Shown here in pieces: positions 39,413-53,190 of a DNA stretch of 64,000 nt (position 1 is the stretch's first letter; each line of letters opens with the position of its first letter). The DNA lies in contig NC_043016.1 of NCBI RefSeq assembly GCF_006345805.1, positions 28,210,001-28,274,000 on the forward strand. Direction: 5' to 3'. The DNA comes from Octopus sinensis (lineage: Eukaryota). The notes under the pieces were generated by a model. It was not told the DNA's origin. It was given only the letters and a program-made list of their open reading frames with translations, and made no database searches. The translations under genes were made by a program, and so were the position numbers.

Positions 39413-42400
39413 CAACTCAAGTATTAACAGAAGTATTAATACATGCTAAATATTAACAGAAGCTCAGGGAAGGAAAGAAAGGTGGTTTTACATTTTGAGG
39501 AAAGTCCAAGAGTAAAGGAAGACAGGAAAAAAAAAAAAATCGCCAACAATTCACATGTAGTTCCAGTTTATATATATATATACATACATACATTCACAAC
39601 AGGTTTCTTTCAGTTTCCATCTGTCAAATCCATTCACTAAGCTTTCGTTAGAAGACACTTGCCCAAGGACCAAGGTGCTATGCAGTGAAACTGAACCCAT
39701 AAGCATATGGTTCAGAACTTCTTACCCCACAACTGTACCTATGCCTCATATGAAATATGTTTAATATATCTTTTTCTGCTGGAATACAAAAGACATTGCA
39801 AATGAGAGTTACCAAAAGCCACAGCCTACCATATTAAACAGTAAAAATACTTACAAATGTAGTGAACTTGTCCATGATAAACATAGCATGATATGCAAGC
39901 GTGAGGATTTGGATTTTTAGCCCCTGCAAAAATGAAAATATAAAGAATGAGGGAGAGAGAAAGAGTGTGAAAATGAGTCAACACATTGTTCAATCAATCA
40001 CAATAGAAATGCCACATTTTATTTAGCTTCGAAGGCACAAACATTTTTTCATTTTTGCTTTTTTTAAATTTTTTTGGAGTAAATATTTTCAATGCTTCCA
40101 GTAACCATGGATTTGTAGCAGAGTAATCTCTAAACTGATGCAGCAGATCAAAGACAATAATAGTAAGGTCTGAATTTACAATTGCTGGGTATAATTTAAT
40201 CCAGTTTTCTTATTTGCAAAATAGGAGTTTGTTAGCCCCAGCCATAAAGATGTAAAAACTTAGAAGTCAATTTAACTGATGATCGTGACAAACATATTAA
40301 TTCTTGAAAAAAATGGAAGTCAACTCTAGAATTAGGAAAGATGAAAATAAAAACTAATTAGACTAGCATTGCTTTAACAACATCACTAATTTAAAGTACT
40401 GAATATGTAAAAAATAAATATGGTGACCAAGTCCAGATATGGTTTGTTTAAAAAATAATTTATAAAATGAAGCCACCAAATCTCTAGAGGATTAAAACCA
40501 TTTAGAAAACTAGGTTAACTCACCAAAATACGACTCCACATCATTGTTCCAATAACAGATTCATCCTTGCTCATGCGACATTTGTATAAAACAAAAGATG
40601 CCCCTACATGAATCGCTCCATATATCCGCATTAAAGCTAAATGTGATGCTTCTATCGGCGTCCCTTCACTCACCTAAAATAAAATGTAGCTACAAATTAT
40701 ATAATACTTGTTAATTATAATTTTTCATAATGATTTTGACAACAAATCATTTAACATTTTAAAACTAATATACTGAACAACCAATAAACTATGCAAACTT
40801 TTAGAAAATGCACACACACAAAAAAAAATAGAAAATTTTATTTTATTAAATTTGAATATTTGCAAATATAAATGTAGAATTTACAGGAATCAAGAATCTT
40901 CATAATATGAAAAGTTTTGGTTCGGAGAAAAAGCATTAATCTTCACTGAGTAACTGTCACATTACTAACAGGAACTTCAACTTTCTACCATAGCAAATCT
41001 TAGGATGTGTTTTTTTTACTTCTTGAACATGGTGTAGTTGAGGTGGATTAGTGTATATGGCTGGGTAAACATGGTTACATGGTTGGCATGAACAAGGACA
41101 TACTTAAGCATTAATCACTGTCAAAAATAATTAAATACCAAATATGAATGAGAATACTTAAATATTAACTTGGATAGTAGGAAGCTTCAGATGGTAAAGC
41201 TGCAGCTTACCAACCTTAACAGTTGATAATCTGTTATCCATCACCAGAACAGGGCTCCGTTAGGGGCCTATGCACAAAACAAACATTATTTCGACATGTT
41301 AAGTAATGAAATTTTTTTCAGTAAATGTCACCCTGCAGTTGCTCTGCATTCTAAAAGAAATATTTTTAATAAAAAAAAAAAACTATGACAGTACTAAAGA
41401 AAAAAAAATACAACCATTCTCTGTCTCCCTCGTGATCTTGACTTCAAGATTACAAAACAGGTGAACTTGATGTAGCTGATGCATGCTTGGAACTTCATTT
41501 AACCAATGTTTACATAACAGATCTTTATTACATTCCAATCACACTGATATGTAGGTTTTCTATATTACATTGAACATATATCAATCACTTTAACCCACTT
41601 CTCTACTATTTCTACACCCATCTCAGTTGGTATGACACTGTTTTTGATATCCTCTCATTTTGCTATTCAGCCTCCGACCCACAACTTGCAGTGTACCTAT
41701 CATTATATTCATTCTCTACCTCTCTCTCTCTCTCTTGTACCATCCCAACAACATTTTCCTCTTTATACCCATATTCAGACCCTCTTTTTTCTCTTACCCC
41801 CATGGCAGTCACTCCTATTCAAGCTGAATCACATTTGTCTTGTAATGAACGGTGAAACAGACTCATCAGTCATAGTTGCCTGAGTAAAATGGCTGGTGTT
41901 TGAATGGAGACATTCAAACACCAGCTACTACTTAATCATTGTCAAATACATGACAACTGCTCTAATACTCTTCTTCATTTTGCTAGTCTCTCATGGTTGA
42001 GAAAGACAATTCCACAATTTCTTGCTAAATAACCTGCAGAGATAATATTGTTTACAGTGACCAAATGTTTGTGCTATACATTAGTTTATTCCCTCCTTCA
42101 AATCGACATTGCATGTACAGTTGCATGGTGTGAAGTATTTTGTTCATAAGCACAAAGCATCATCTGGTCTGGGAATTGAATCCATGACCTTACAATCTTC
42201 AGTATAACACCTCTGATCACTAGGCCCCATGCTCTCTCTAATACTGGTGCTACAATAAAATACACCCAGCATACTAAAGCTGGTTTGTGAAAGAAAGGGC
42301 ACCCAGCCAAAGAAAAATGGAACAAGTGACAATTGCTCTTCTGACTTGTCAAAGACAGTAGCTTGAAGTTAAAACTAACTCGGGCTGCGATGACCCATAC

Positions 42401-43051
42401 AACACATGACAGCATAGAAAGCAGGCATAAAACAACCATGAAAAAGAAACTTACTAAATCATTCAGCTTTCATGATACAAATATTGATTACTTAGTTAAG
42501 ATCAACTGCTGAAGGAGAAGAGGTAAAAATCTATTGCATCACCCAAATATACTAATACTTTATCAATGGTAAATAGATGAAAATCTAATGACGGCCTTAT
42601 CATGATTTGAACAATAAAACTTGTAAATAAAGGAAATAATCTAGCTTTCAAAATACATCAACAAGTAACCCATTATTTATGGACTAGGATACTTATAAAT
42701 GTAAAAAGAAAGAGAGACAATTTTAATATTCATAGGGATTGGGCCAAAATGAGTATTTCTGATTTCTCATCCCCCACTTGCTTGAAACCACTACATTGTA
42801 AGTATTGCATTGTCATTTTGTACTTTTGCACCATGTTTAAGAGTAAAAAATTGGCCAGCATAACGGTTGTTGAAATTAAGAGGGTGACAGGCACATTTTT
42901 TTTTCAAAGAAATTTTTTTCTCAACTTTGACTTAATTGTAATCAAAGTTATTAATAAAATATCTGGATAATTTTAGGTGCTTAACAATTAATATTTTTTT
43001 CTCTGCTAGATTCCAAGTAATTTTTTTCCTTACACTAATGCCATAATTTTC

Positions 43052-43082
<31 letters not shown>

Positions 43083-46000
43083 AGGAAGAGGTCTAAAGTG
43101 GGGCAAAATTAATAATGACTTATTTCAATAATTTCCTCTTTAACTACATGGTGCGTAAATATACCAGGAAGAGAGCCATTCTAGCAGATTGTGAAGAAGC
43201 TATAGAGAATATTTTATGTTGAGTTGTTTTAGTCGTGTTTTGTTGTTTCATATTGTGAGTCATTTTTCCAGGATCTTTCATTTGACCTAGATATTTTTAA
43301 TTTTTGGTGCATTTCTGATGTCTGAGGATGAATATTGATGTGTACGAGTCTTTTTTCAAATATATTCCTGGAGAATTGAAGTAGCAAAGTTACCATATTT
43401 TGTGTTACTCATTTTGCCTCATCTAAATTATACTCAAAGAGAATGGAGATAATTTTCTGAAAGTGTTCTGAATATGCTGTAGTGCTTTTAATGCATTTGC
43501 TTAGCTGATATAGGTTTTGTAAGGTAGTGAACATATTACTCTTTTACTTGTTTCGGTCATTTGACTGTGGCCATGCTGGAGCACTGCCTTTATTCAAGCA
43601 AATTGACCCCAGGACTTATTCTTCGTAAGCCTAGTACTTATTCCATCGGTCTCTTTTGTCGATCTGCTAAGTTACGGTTGTCAAGTGATGTGGGGGGGGG
43701 ACAGACACACAAACACACATATATATATACACATATATACAACAGGCTTCTTTCAGTTTCCGTCTACCAAATCCACTCACAAGGCTTTGGTCGGCCCGAG
43801 GCTATAATAGAAGACACTTGCCCAAGGTGCCACGCAGTGGGACTGAACCCGGAACCATGTAGTTTGTAAGCAAGCTACTTACCACACAGCCACTCCTACG
43901 CCTATATGTGAAAAATTATTTTTCTCTAAGTCAACATTACTCATTGTGTCCTATTCACCCTACCTGCTACATTAGTTTTAATACAAAGACTTCTTTTCTT
44001 TCACTATTTCAAGTGCTGATTCAACGAAGCATATTAAATATTCATAACATAAAGCCGGTTTTACAAGTTCTACGCATGTCTGTTCCTATACTTGTTCTAT
44101 TAGGTCATTCATTCATTTTTAAACAATCAATATGACTCGATTAGAAAGGGAGATAAGGGTAGAGACAATGACCTTTTTCAATATATCTGAGATTAGTAAG
44201 AGAGAAAGGGAGTAAGTTAGACTGGGGATTTGATTTGAATGCTTGCAAGAGTGGACTGAGTTAAAGGCACCCATGAACTTTGACATCAGTGTTGCTGTCA
44301 GGATCACCAGAACACTCAGGAGGAGGTAACTGCTGTTAAGCCATTTTTTAAAACTGCTTCTATCGGATGAGAAATTTAGAATCTCTTCAATGTAAATAAA
44401 AATTGCTTTAATTAAAAAATAGCTAAAAGAAAAAAATTACTGTTTATTCATTCAGTTCAAAGGATACTGAGAAATATAGTTAAATAACTGATCCAATAAG
44501 TTTTTGTATAATCTACGCCAAATTTCGCCCATATGACTTAGTAAGAACTATTTGCATGTCACACATTTTAATTAATAATTTACTAAAAAGTCTACTGAAA
44601 CGAAGTTTCTAAATTTCTCATTTAGATTTTAGTCTTTTGAAAAATGGTTAAATTCCTCCTTATTCTTCTTTAGATTCTAATAGTAAGGAGTACCACCAAC
44701 TCAACATTCAAGTTGGGCAGTAAAATATGGAACTCATCAAAATAAGTAAACTCAGAAATAGTAATCATTCAGACAAGTCTAAACTGACACATGCTAAATT
44801 TATCTTAGTCTAGCATCAGATAAGATTTTCTTTCAAGCTTTCTCAATTGAGTAGGAGAAAATTTTCAAAATATCTTGAGGAATATAAATGAAACAAATAG
44901 TGAAAACAAGGAACAAGATAGGTATCTATATCATTTCCCATTCAATATGAGAATAATTCCAATCAAAATGAGAATATCAAAAATAAGAAGGCAATCTAAA
45001 ATATACAGTATTTTTGTGTTAGTTATTTATCACTAATAATAATAAACAAATGTTTGTGTTATATTGTTCAATTCATAGTCAATTTATTCACTAAGTTTAT
45101 TTCCAAAAATCATATTACACACTACAAAAATTAAAGCATTGTAGATAACAACAAAATTGATTCAACATAACACTAAAATATCACATCATTGAGATTCAAT
45201 GCATCATCCACATTTGCTTGAATACTTGCAATAGAATTTGAGCATGTATTTGGTGTTATTTGTTCTATTGCTTCAACAACCACTTGTTCAAGTGCTCTTA
45301 GCCTATACTCTTTAGTTGTCAATTCACTAGGTGTTACTGATAAAATATCATGAAGTTTATTGGCCAATTCACATTTGACATAACTTTTCACTATTGACCA
45401 AATTTGTTCAATTGGATTGAACATGGGGCTGTAAGGTGCCACTCGCAAAACTTCATGCATTGGAAACTGATCTTCATTAAAAACTTGCTCCATCTGAGAA
45501 CGACATGGGGCATTATCAATTACCATAGCTACTGATCTGGCATATCGACTAAATGCCTTAATTAGGCAACACCACGTCTATTCTTTGGCATTCTCTTTTT
45601 CAAATGAGCCCTGTTTAAATTCATAATGAAGACCACCGTTTCCAATACAGCAAATAATATGAACGTTTGCTCCTTTTGAACCAGCTGCAACTGTTGTACA
45701 TCTTGTTCCTTGTGAAGCTTGACCTTCACATCTTGAGATATGAATATTAAAATTGCTTTCATCCATAAACAAAATAGGTTTGTTTATGGCCTGATATTCG
45801 AGCAAACTTAAGACAAAATTTCTACGGTTTTTTTTTTTAATATTCTCAAGACAATTTGGTCTTTCAGGTTCGTTTCTTACATTTTTCAATGTGTACATCG
45901 ATGAATCCAAATGCCTAGCGACTGTTTGCTTTGATATATATTAAGTTCAAATTTCTGCCGTACTGTGCTACAAATTTCACCAAGTGTTATTTTAGGATCA

Positions 46001-49000
46001 TTTTCAATTAGTTCAGTAAAATAATTTTCATGTGCTCTGACTACTTTCAAATAAGTTTTACCACCTCTTCAGCAACTGTTGATTATGGTACGTTCAATTC
46101 TGTGGCCAATCTTCTCCAATCACGGCAAGACTTCCTTTTGTACCCCCCGCCACCCCACCCCCCTTTTTTTAATTAATAATTTTTTTCTACAACCCCCGTT
46201 TTCGGCTATGGAGAATACGAATCTGCAAAAAAACAGGCAAAAATTGGCATTTTGAAACCCTCACCCCTAATTTCTTCATTTTTAACTTTTTTTTTTTTCA
46301 TAATATGTGAGAAAATACGGAGATTATGATTCTAAAAGAATTACCCAAAATTTTTTTCTGAAAAAAAATTTTTTTTTTTCAAATACATGCGGAAAAATAG
46401 AGATTATGATTCAGAAAAAAATTTCCAAAAACTTTTCTAGTTAGGGTTAGGGTTAAACGGTTACGGTTTGGAAAAAAAAAGTGAAAAATGAAGAATTGGG
46501 GTGAGGGTAGTGAGAAGGGGATCTCTGCATCCGAAAACGGGGGTTTTGGGGGGAAAAAATTGCGAGAAAATGGGGGGAGGGGAGGAAGTCTTCCCCAATC
46601 ACCACCATTGCGGTATACAGTTAAAATGTATTATTTTTTTCCTCTCTCCACAAATATATTTGCTCTTTTGATTTTCTAGGCACAGTGCAGATCGATTAAG
46701 AAAGAATAATTCAAATCGGACTATTACAACTTTTTTTTACATGACTACTGAGAGTATCCAATAAATGGTCTTTAAGGAAACACCACACTCTTTCACACAA
46801 AAAAATACCTCAAGATAAGGGTGGGAAAAAAATGAGATACGATTCCAGAGGCAGTTCTCTCCCCTCAAAGACAATATTCACGCGCCCCCTCCCCTTTACA
46901 ATTTCTCTCTCTCTCTCTAAGCATCGGCGGCTGTAGTTCCAAGTCAGATAACCACGCATTAATATTCTCATTTTGGCGGAATACGCACACCACTCGTTTT
47001 CGGCGTAATCCTAACTCCTAAATACCGGGTGTGCGTATTCTTTACTTTCGCCCACATTTTGAATGAAATTATTCCATATTAAATCTGAATTTCTTAGTCC
47101 TTAATTATTCTCGTTTTGAATGGAATTATTCTCCTATTGAATGTGAAATGAAATGGACAGTAGTTTCAGAAATAAAGAGGTTTAATATTGGAGTTCCGGC
47201 TTCAAACAACGATCTTTAAAAAATACTTTGCACTAAATTATTCCCAAAGCAAAATAATCCTTTCTACTATAGGCACAAGACCTGGAATTTGAGAAGAGGT
47301 GGATAGTCGATCACATCGACCCCAGTACTTGACTAGTACTTAATTTATCGATCCCGAAAGGATGAATGGCAAACTCGACCTCGGCGAGTAATAATGTTAA
47401 TAGATTCGGCTTTCGGGAAACGTAAAATGCTTGAAGAGGCGATGGTGGAGATAGTGAAGATTTCTAAAACATTTTAGTATAAAACTTTAGATTTTAGCTG
47501 AGGTGTCTTTGTGCCTATTTGTTACCCAACCATCACTTGACAACCGATGCTGGTGTGTATACGTCCTCGTAACTTAGAGATCAATAGAATAAGTCCTGGG
47601 GTCGATTTAAAAACCCTTAAAAGCGGTTCTCCAAATGGCTACAATCACATGGCAAACAAGTAAAAGAAAATATTGTTTGTATGTCCTTTTCAGACTGTCA
47701 CCCTACCATGATGAAGTATTCCGTACCTTTATTATCCCGAGATTTACATCGCATCCCTCGCAGATCCAATCAAGCCGGACAAGTTTAAGGGTAAAAAGCA
47801 GTCGAAAGATATGTCTCGGCTTGTACAGGGTTCGGATCTGAGGTGGGATTAAATACCCTTTTCTCGTAAAAAAACATACACCCGCTACATAAACATCAAC
47901 AAAGAAACGAAAGCAAATCTCAAGTTATAACCACAAGTGTGCCTTCTTCCCTTCTCGACTTTGTTTCTTCATAACTTGTGATATACCGATCTCAGTTCTT
48001 CGGATTAGAAAATAAATATCATCAATGGCCTAAGGCTCCAGGAGGGGCAATAGTTTCTATAATGGGAATAGTTTTAAATTAAAGTACATCGTCGTTTTGG
48101 AGATGAAAATTTATTTCACTGTTAGGACGATATTGCTATTGCAACATCTTCCTAGCAAATTCATTAACATCTCTATGGAAACTTCTTACAAAAATTGCGG
48201 GACTTTCAGTAAATAACGTTGAAAAATAAATTCTAAATTTTCATATTTTCAAATGAAACTGTGTTTAAAAAAATTTTTTAAATCAGGCAATATATAATTG
48301 GGAGATTCTCGTAAGTGAAATGTTTAAGAATTCGAAATGTATTTCTTTATCAAGCACAAATCTTATAATATGACTTAAACTAGGATGTGATGCCAAAATA
48401 ATTTTGGTTAATGTTTACAATATTAACCCAATATTACCCGGGTGTTTTTGTTTTGACTTTCATTTTACTTCCTTATTTTTCCTCCCGTTTAAGGACTCGT
48501 TTATTACTGTAACGTCAGTGTTTACCGTTTTATAAAATTAAATTAGAAAATTGGACAAAACAGAGAACACAATTGAAAAGGAAAAGAAAAAAAGAATCGC
48601 AATAGCGAGCAAATCCTTTAATATCTGAAATCGAGTACAAGTAAGTTTAAAATCCATTTATAAAGTATATTATTCCCAAACAAACCTAAGTAAGAGCAAC
48701 TAAATAGAATACTTCAGAAATGTGTTAATAAAATAATTCTTGATGTCTTTTATAAACTTCTAAAATCACACACACATACACAAACACACACACAAAGTTA
48801 TCCCTGCGCTGCTTTTCGGCTCTTCATTTTAATTTTCACTTATATCTGTGTATAACTAAATGTCCGTGTGATCACGTACTCGAAATCCTAATTAAAAAGT
48901 AAATAGATTTTCGAAATAGCTATTATACTACATTAGGATATTGGAGCGCACAAAATTTGAACTGAAATTGTACCTGTAAAGAATGTATTTATTCCAGGAA

Positions 49001-49681
49001 GCCCGTTATTTACAGATAGTTACGATATAAACACATCCCGGACTTTTTGAGCCTTAATGGAGATGATCAAAAAGGTATTAACGATAAATTTGACATGTGA
49101 ATCTCCTTATTTACATTAAATAAGAACAAATACACACCAACTTCATTAACCGGGTGTCGTTGCGGGTGGAAATTTAGAATTTCTTACGACAGGCATTTTA
49201 AGTGTGAAAGGGTACTTCAAACTTTGCAACAAAGAAAGATTATATCAAAACTAATTTAACATCTTTATTATATCAAGAAGTTTTTTGTTTTTTTTTTTAA
49301 AAATAAGCATTTCCAAATGATGAAGACTCTTAAGAATAACATTATTTCTAGGAAAGGTTCTTCGGAATTCTACAGGTAAAACATGAATAACTCTAAGAAA
49401 GTTTTAGTATCTTATTCCTTAATTAGATCTTTTTAGAAATAAAAAAAAATTATTAATTTCACAGCAATAAATAGTTATTTAAAAAGGCATTATTTTTGGC
49501 AATTACTAACCTGTCTGCGAAGAAACTCGTTCGGGAATAACAGAGCAAATATTCCTAGAAAAAATTCAATCAACATATCAGCCAACAGCCATGTTTTTAC
49601 TGATAGAAATAATGCTGGCGAAAAAATGAATGGCATAGCAATTATTCGGACATAATCGAAAGTAGTTAAATTGAAATCCAT
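31474..49681 (-). CDS. Complete six-exon gene: 299-aa ~8-TM protein with two tandem TP53I11/PIG11-like repeats and C-terminal KKAT. Exons 49681-49511, 40673-40524, 39923-39855, 35688-35494, 32922-32782, 31647-31474
   Basis: All introns GT..AG and phase 0; exon lengths 171+150+69+195+141+174 nt give one open frame from ATG to TAA. WLLADMLIEFFLGIFALLFPNEFL, LMRIYGAIHVGASFVLY and GLKIQILTLAY resemble human TP53I11 ([50 protein letters not shown]) as recalled; remote similarity, not searched. Confidence 0.88.
45173..46630 (-). mobile_element. Disrupted IS630/Tc1/mariner-superfamily transposase (DD35E spacing) in intron 1
   Basis: HTH-like DWRRLATELNVP, catalytic MDESNFN, IDNAPC and PYSPMFNPIE (35 residues between second D and E); frameshifts, stops and a MITE insertion. 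Confidence 0.85.
46124..46594. mobile_element. Palindromic MITE with perfect 8-bp TSD inserted in the transposase
   Basis: TIR ggcaagacttcc / ggaagtcttcc; TSD CCAATCAC at 46116-46123 and 46595-46602; transposase frame (RNGGDWRRL) is continuous once removed. Confidence 0.88.
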
Positions 49682-49800
49682 TCTTGCGGTCGCGAATGCA
49701 AAAACAGAGACTCCGTTAGAATTCTGGCGCTATATATTGACGCATGCGCGAGCACTGCTTCAATTAACGAACCCAATTAACGTGCTGCTGAGTTATTTGT
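49682..49800 (-). promoter_or_regulatory. Putative core promoter / 5' UTR of the minus-strand membrane-protein gene
   Basis: Locally CpG-rich; TATATA at 49731-49736 and NRF1-like palindrome CGCATGCGC at 49741-49749, 50-70 nt upstream of the ATG. Confidence 0.45.
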
Positions 49801-50779
49801 TAATGCTATAAGGTTTCACGCTCTCTTTCTTTTTCTTTATTTTTTTCGATATTTACATTGTGTTTTATTTTAAGAAATGAAAGCTATTGAAAATCTATTA
49901 GATTAGCTTGAAATATTTGACTTGAAGAAAAAATTCTATGTGACCAAATATAGTGCTTCATTTAAAATCCTCAATACTCTCTTATTGTTTTCTTCGATTT
50001 TTGTAGTAGATTGTTCTGTCTTGAGAAGTGAACCATCGTATATTAGACAGATTCAATCAAAACATTACAAATGTTTTTTCATTAATAAAACAATCCATTC
50101 ATGTATATTACTACTATAGAAATGGGTGGTTGAATAACATTGAGGAATGGGCCGAGGATATAGTATAAAAGTTGGCGGTTTGTAGCATGTCTAGGAAATG
50201 GAGGAGTTTATGTCTTTTCTGTCTTCTGATACCCCTCAACCCCGGGTATATTGATTGATTGATTATTACTATGAACAAACGATCGATAGAGATTATTACA
50301 GTTACTGCTGTTCTTCAACTTTAAGTCAGCTCTGATCAATCAAAGGTATTCCTAGCATGGAGGGTTACATATTTTTTCCAGGTAGTGTCCCTCCGGCTTG
50401 ACATAATCCAATGAGTTTTTTTGTTTTTTTCTAAAGATGTAAGAGTATATTATGAACGCGATCTGGCTGCTATTTCTTTCACCTCGAACGAACATGTAGA
50501 GGGTCCCTCATTGACTCGGGACAACAGTGATAGATTGCAGGGTTAAATATTCTGTGGATTCCTGTCCGAGAGTATACCAGTTTGTGATGAACTGATTTTA
50601 TCTCTCATCCTTGTAAAAATCGACAGAATATAAACTGTACCTGAATCACCAGACGGAAGTTAGCTTTGGTTTCCTCGTTATTAAGCAAGATATATGAATA
50701 TTATCCAGGAAAACAGGCTGATACAAGTGACTTGCTTTTATGAGGGCGATAAACGTTTCATATCATTTGGGGAAACTAT

Positions 50780-51100
50780 CCCACAGTGTAGTACCTATTT
50801 GCAGGTAGATAGCCTGGGCTGTTGACAGTGAGTTGATCAAGGAAACAGTACAGTGAACTAAACAACACTATCTATTTACAGTTTGGTAGACTGGGCTGTT
50901 GAGCATTGTGTTGGTCATGGACACAGTACAGTGAACTATATCACACTGTGGTATCTACTTATAGCTAGGTAGGCTGGAGTGCTGCCAGTTAAGCATGTTG
51001 GTCATGGACAGAGTACAGTGACCTATACCACACTGGTACCTGGCCACTTGTGAGCAATAAAGAAACAACTACACTGTGGTACCTACATGCAGTTAGGTAA
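50780..51100. repeat. Degenerate ~80-bp minisatellite (3-4 units)
   Basis: Recurring tgggctgttga...tggtcatggacacagtacagtgaacta...cacactgtggta. Confidence 0.65.
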
Positions 51101-51740
51101 ATAAAACTGCTGCTTATGGCAATAGGGAAACTAGAAAAGTAAATTTGTCAAAAGAAAATATTCAGACATTCATAGTTTAGAAGATAACCTCATAATCATG
51201 TTTTGGGTAGTCATTTCCAAAATGGGGATTTTGAGCATATGTGGTCATTAGCTACCATACACACATATACATAGGTGTAGGAGTGACTGTGTGGTAAGGA
51301 GCTTGCTTACCAACCACATGGTTCTGGGTTCATTACCACTACATGGCACCTTGGGCAAATGTCTTCCACTATAGCCTTGGGCCAACCAAAGCCTTGTGAG
51401 TGGATTTGGTAGACTGAAACTGAAAGAAGCCCGTCGTATCATCGTCATCATCGTTGTTTAACGTCCGCTTTCCATGCTAGCATGGATTGGACGGTTCAAC
51501 TGGGGTCTGGGAAGCCAGAAGGCTGCACCAGGCCCAGTCTGATCTGGCAGTGTTTCTACAGCTGGATGCCCTTCCTAACGCCAACCACTCTGTGAGTGTA
51601 GTGGGTGCTTTTTACATGCCACCGGCACATGTGCCAGACAAAGCTGGCAAACGGCCATGATCGGATGGTGCTTTTTACATGCCACCGGCACGGAGACCAG
51701 ACGAAGCTGGCAATCAGACAAAATGTATATATACATATTA

Positions 51741-51790
<50 letters not shown>

Positions 51791-52129
51791 GTGTGTGTAT
51801 GTGTATGTGTGTGTGTGTATGTATGTTTGTGTGTGTGTTTGTCTCCCCAACACTGCTTGACAACCAATGCTGGTGTATTTTCGTCCCTGTAACTTAGCCG
51901 TTCGGCAAAAGAGACGATAGAATAAGTACTAGGCTTACAAAGAATAAGTCCTGGGGTCGATTTGCTCAACTAAAGACAGTGCTCCAGCATGGCCGCAGTT
52001 AAATGACTGAAACCAGTAAAAGAGTAAAAAAAGAGAGATTATGCATATATATATACATACTGTAGATGAGGTCATGAAAGTTATTGAAAGGTTTACAACT
52101 CAATTGATTAGGAATAAAATTAAACTAGA

Positions 52130-53190
52130 GGAGATGCAGTTTAGTTTTGTACCACAGATGCCATCTTCCTAGTGAGACAGTTGCAGGAAAAGTATTTGGC
52201 TAAAAATAAGCCATTGTACTTAACTTTCGACAGAGTCCCCTGCTCTGTTATCTGATGGTCTCTAAGGAAGTTAGGAATAGAGGAGTGACTTGTTAGAACT
52301 GTACAAGCCATATTCAGTGGTGCTGTCAGTAAGGTGAGAGTCGGCCACAAATATAGTGATGAATTTAGTGTACAGTTTAGGGTTCAGTACTCAGCCCACT
52401 CTTATTCATTATAGTCCCCTAGTCTATAACAGGAATTCAAAAATGGATACCCATAGGAACTGCTATATGCTTATGACCTCAATCTTATTGCAGAATCTGT
52501 AGCAGAAATGGAGAACAAATTCCAGTATGGAAGCAAAGGACTTTAAAGCTAACTTAACAAAGACCAAAGTTAAGACTCTCTTTCCGTCAGGTAAATGGCC
52601 CTGCTCAATATGTAGGGAAACAGTTGGAAGTAATTCCATTTGCCACACCCAGTGTAAGCTATGGACACAAGAGGTGCAGTGGAATCACAGGTAAATCAAC
52701 AGATAAAGTTGTCTTCATGTGTGGCAGATGTGCAGGAACAATAAGCACTAACAGCACACAGGACTTAGATTCTCAAATATCCAGGAGAATCTCTTGAGGT
52801 TGTAGATAGTTTCTGTTAACTAGGAGACCAAATTAGCAGTGTGAAAGTAGACTGTATGATGTTTGTGTGTGAAGGCAGTATGCATCGGTGGATGTGCAAC
52901 ATCAGTGTGCATCTATGACAAAGTGCAAGCGTATTGAGAGAAAAGTTGGACATAAAAGGAATTGAATGCATCATGCAAGAGAGAAGACTATGTTGGTTTG
53001 AACATGTGATGTGTATGAATGAAGACAGCTGTATAAAGAAGTGCTGATTACTGAAAGTAGATGGTACCCCTGGAAGAGGGAAACCCAGGAAGACATGGGA
53101 TGAAGTGGTAAGGTCTGACCTCAGGATGTTGAGCCTCATGGAGAAAATAGCAAGGGACTGAGATGTCTGGCAATGTGAGGTTCTTGAGAT
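52130..53190 (+). mobile_element. Old, deleted copy of the RTE LINE
   Basis: Traces of TDAIFLVRQLQEKYLAK, GSVLSPLLFII, LLYAYDL, WPCSICR and RGKPRKTWDEVV with many stops and deletions. Confidence 0.8.

Noticed and set aside
40081-40170. Hydrophobic frame (TLLLLSLICCISLEITLL) as exon 3 of the membrane gene
   Set aside because: No good donor site; 39923-39855 has canonical sites, the correct phase and better family resemblance.
51556-51969. Cluster of ORFs with YIYI/THTH/CVCV runs
   Set aside because: Translations of (TA)n/(CA)n microsatellites inside SINEs; the same applies to most short ORF-track entries.
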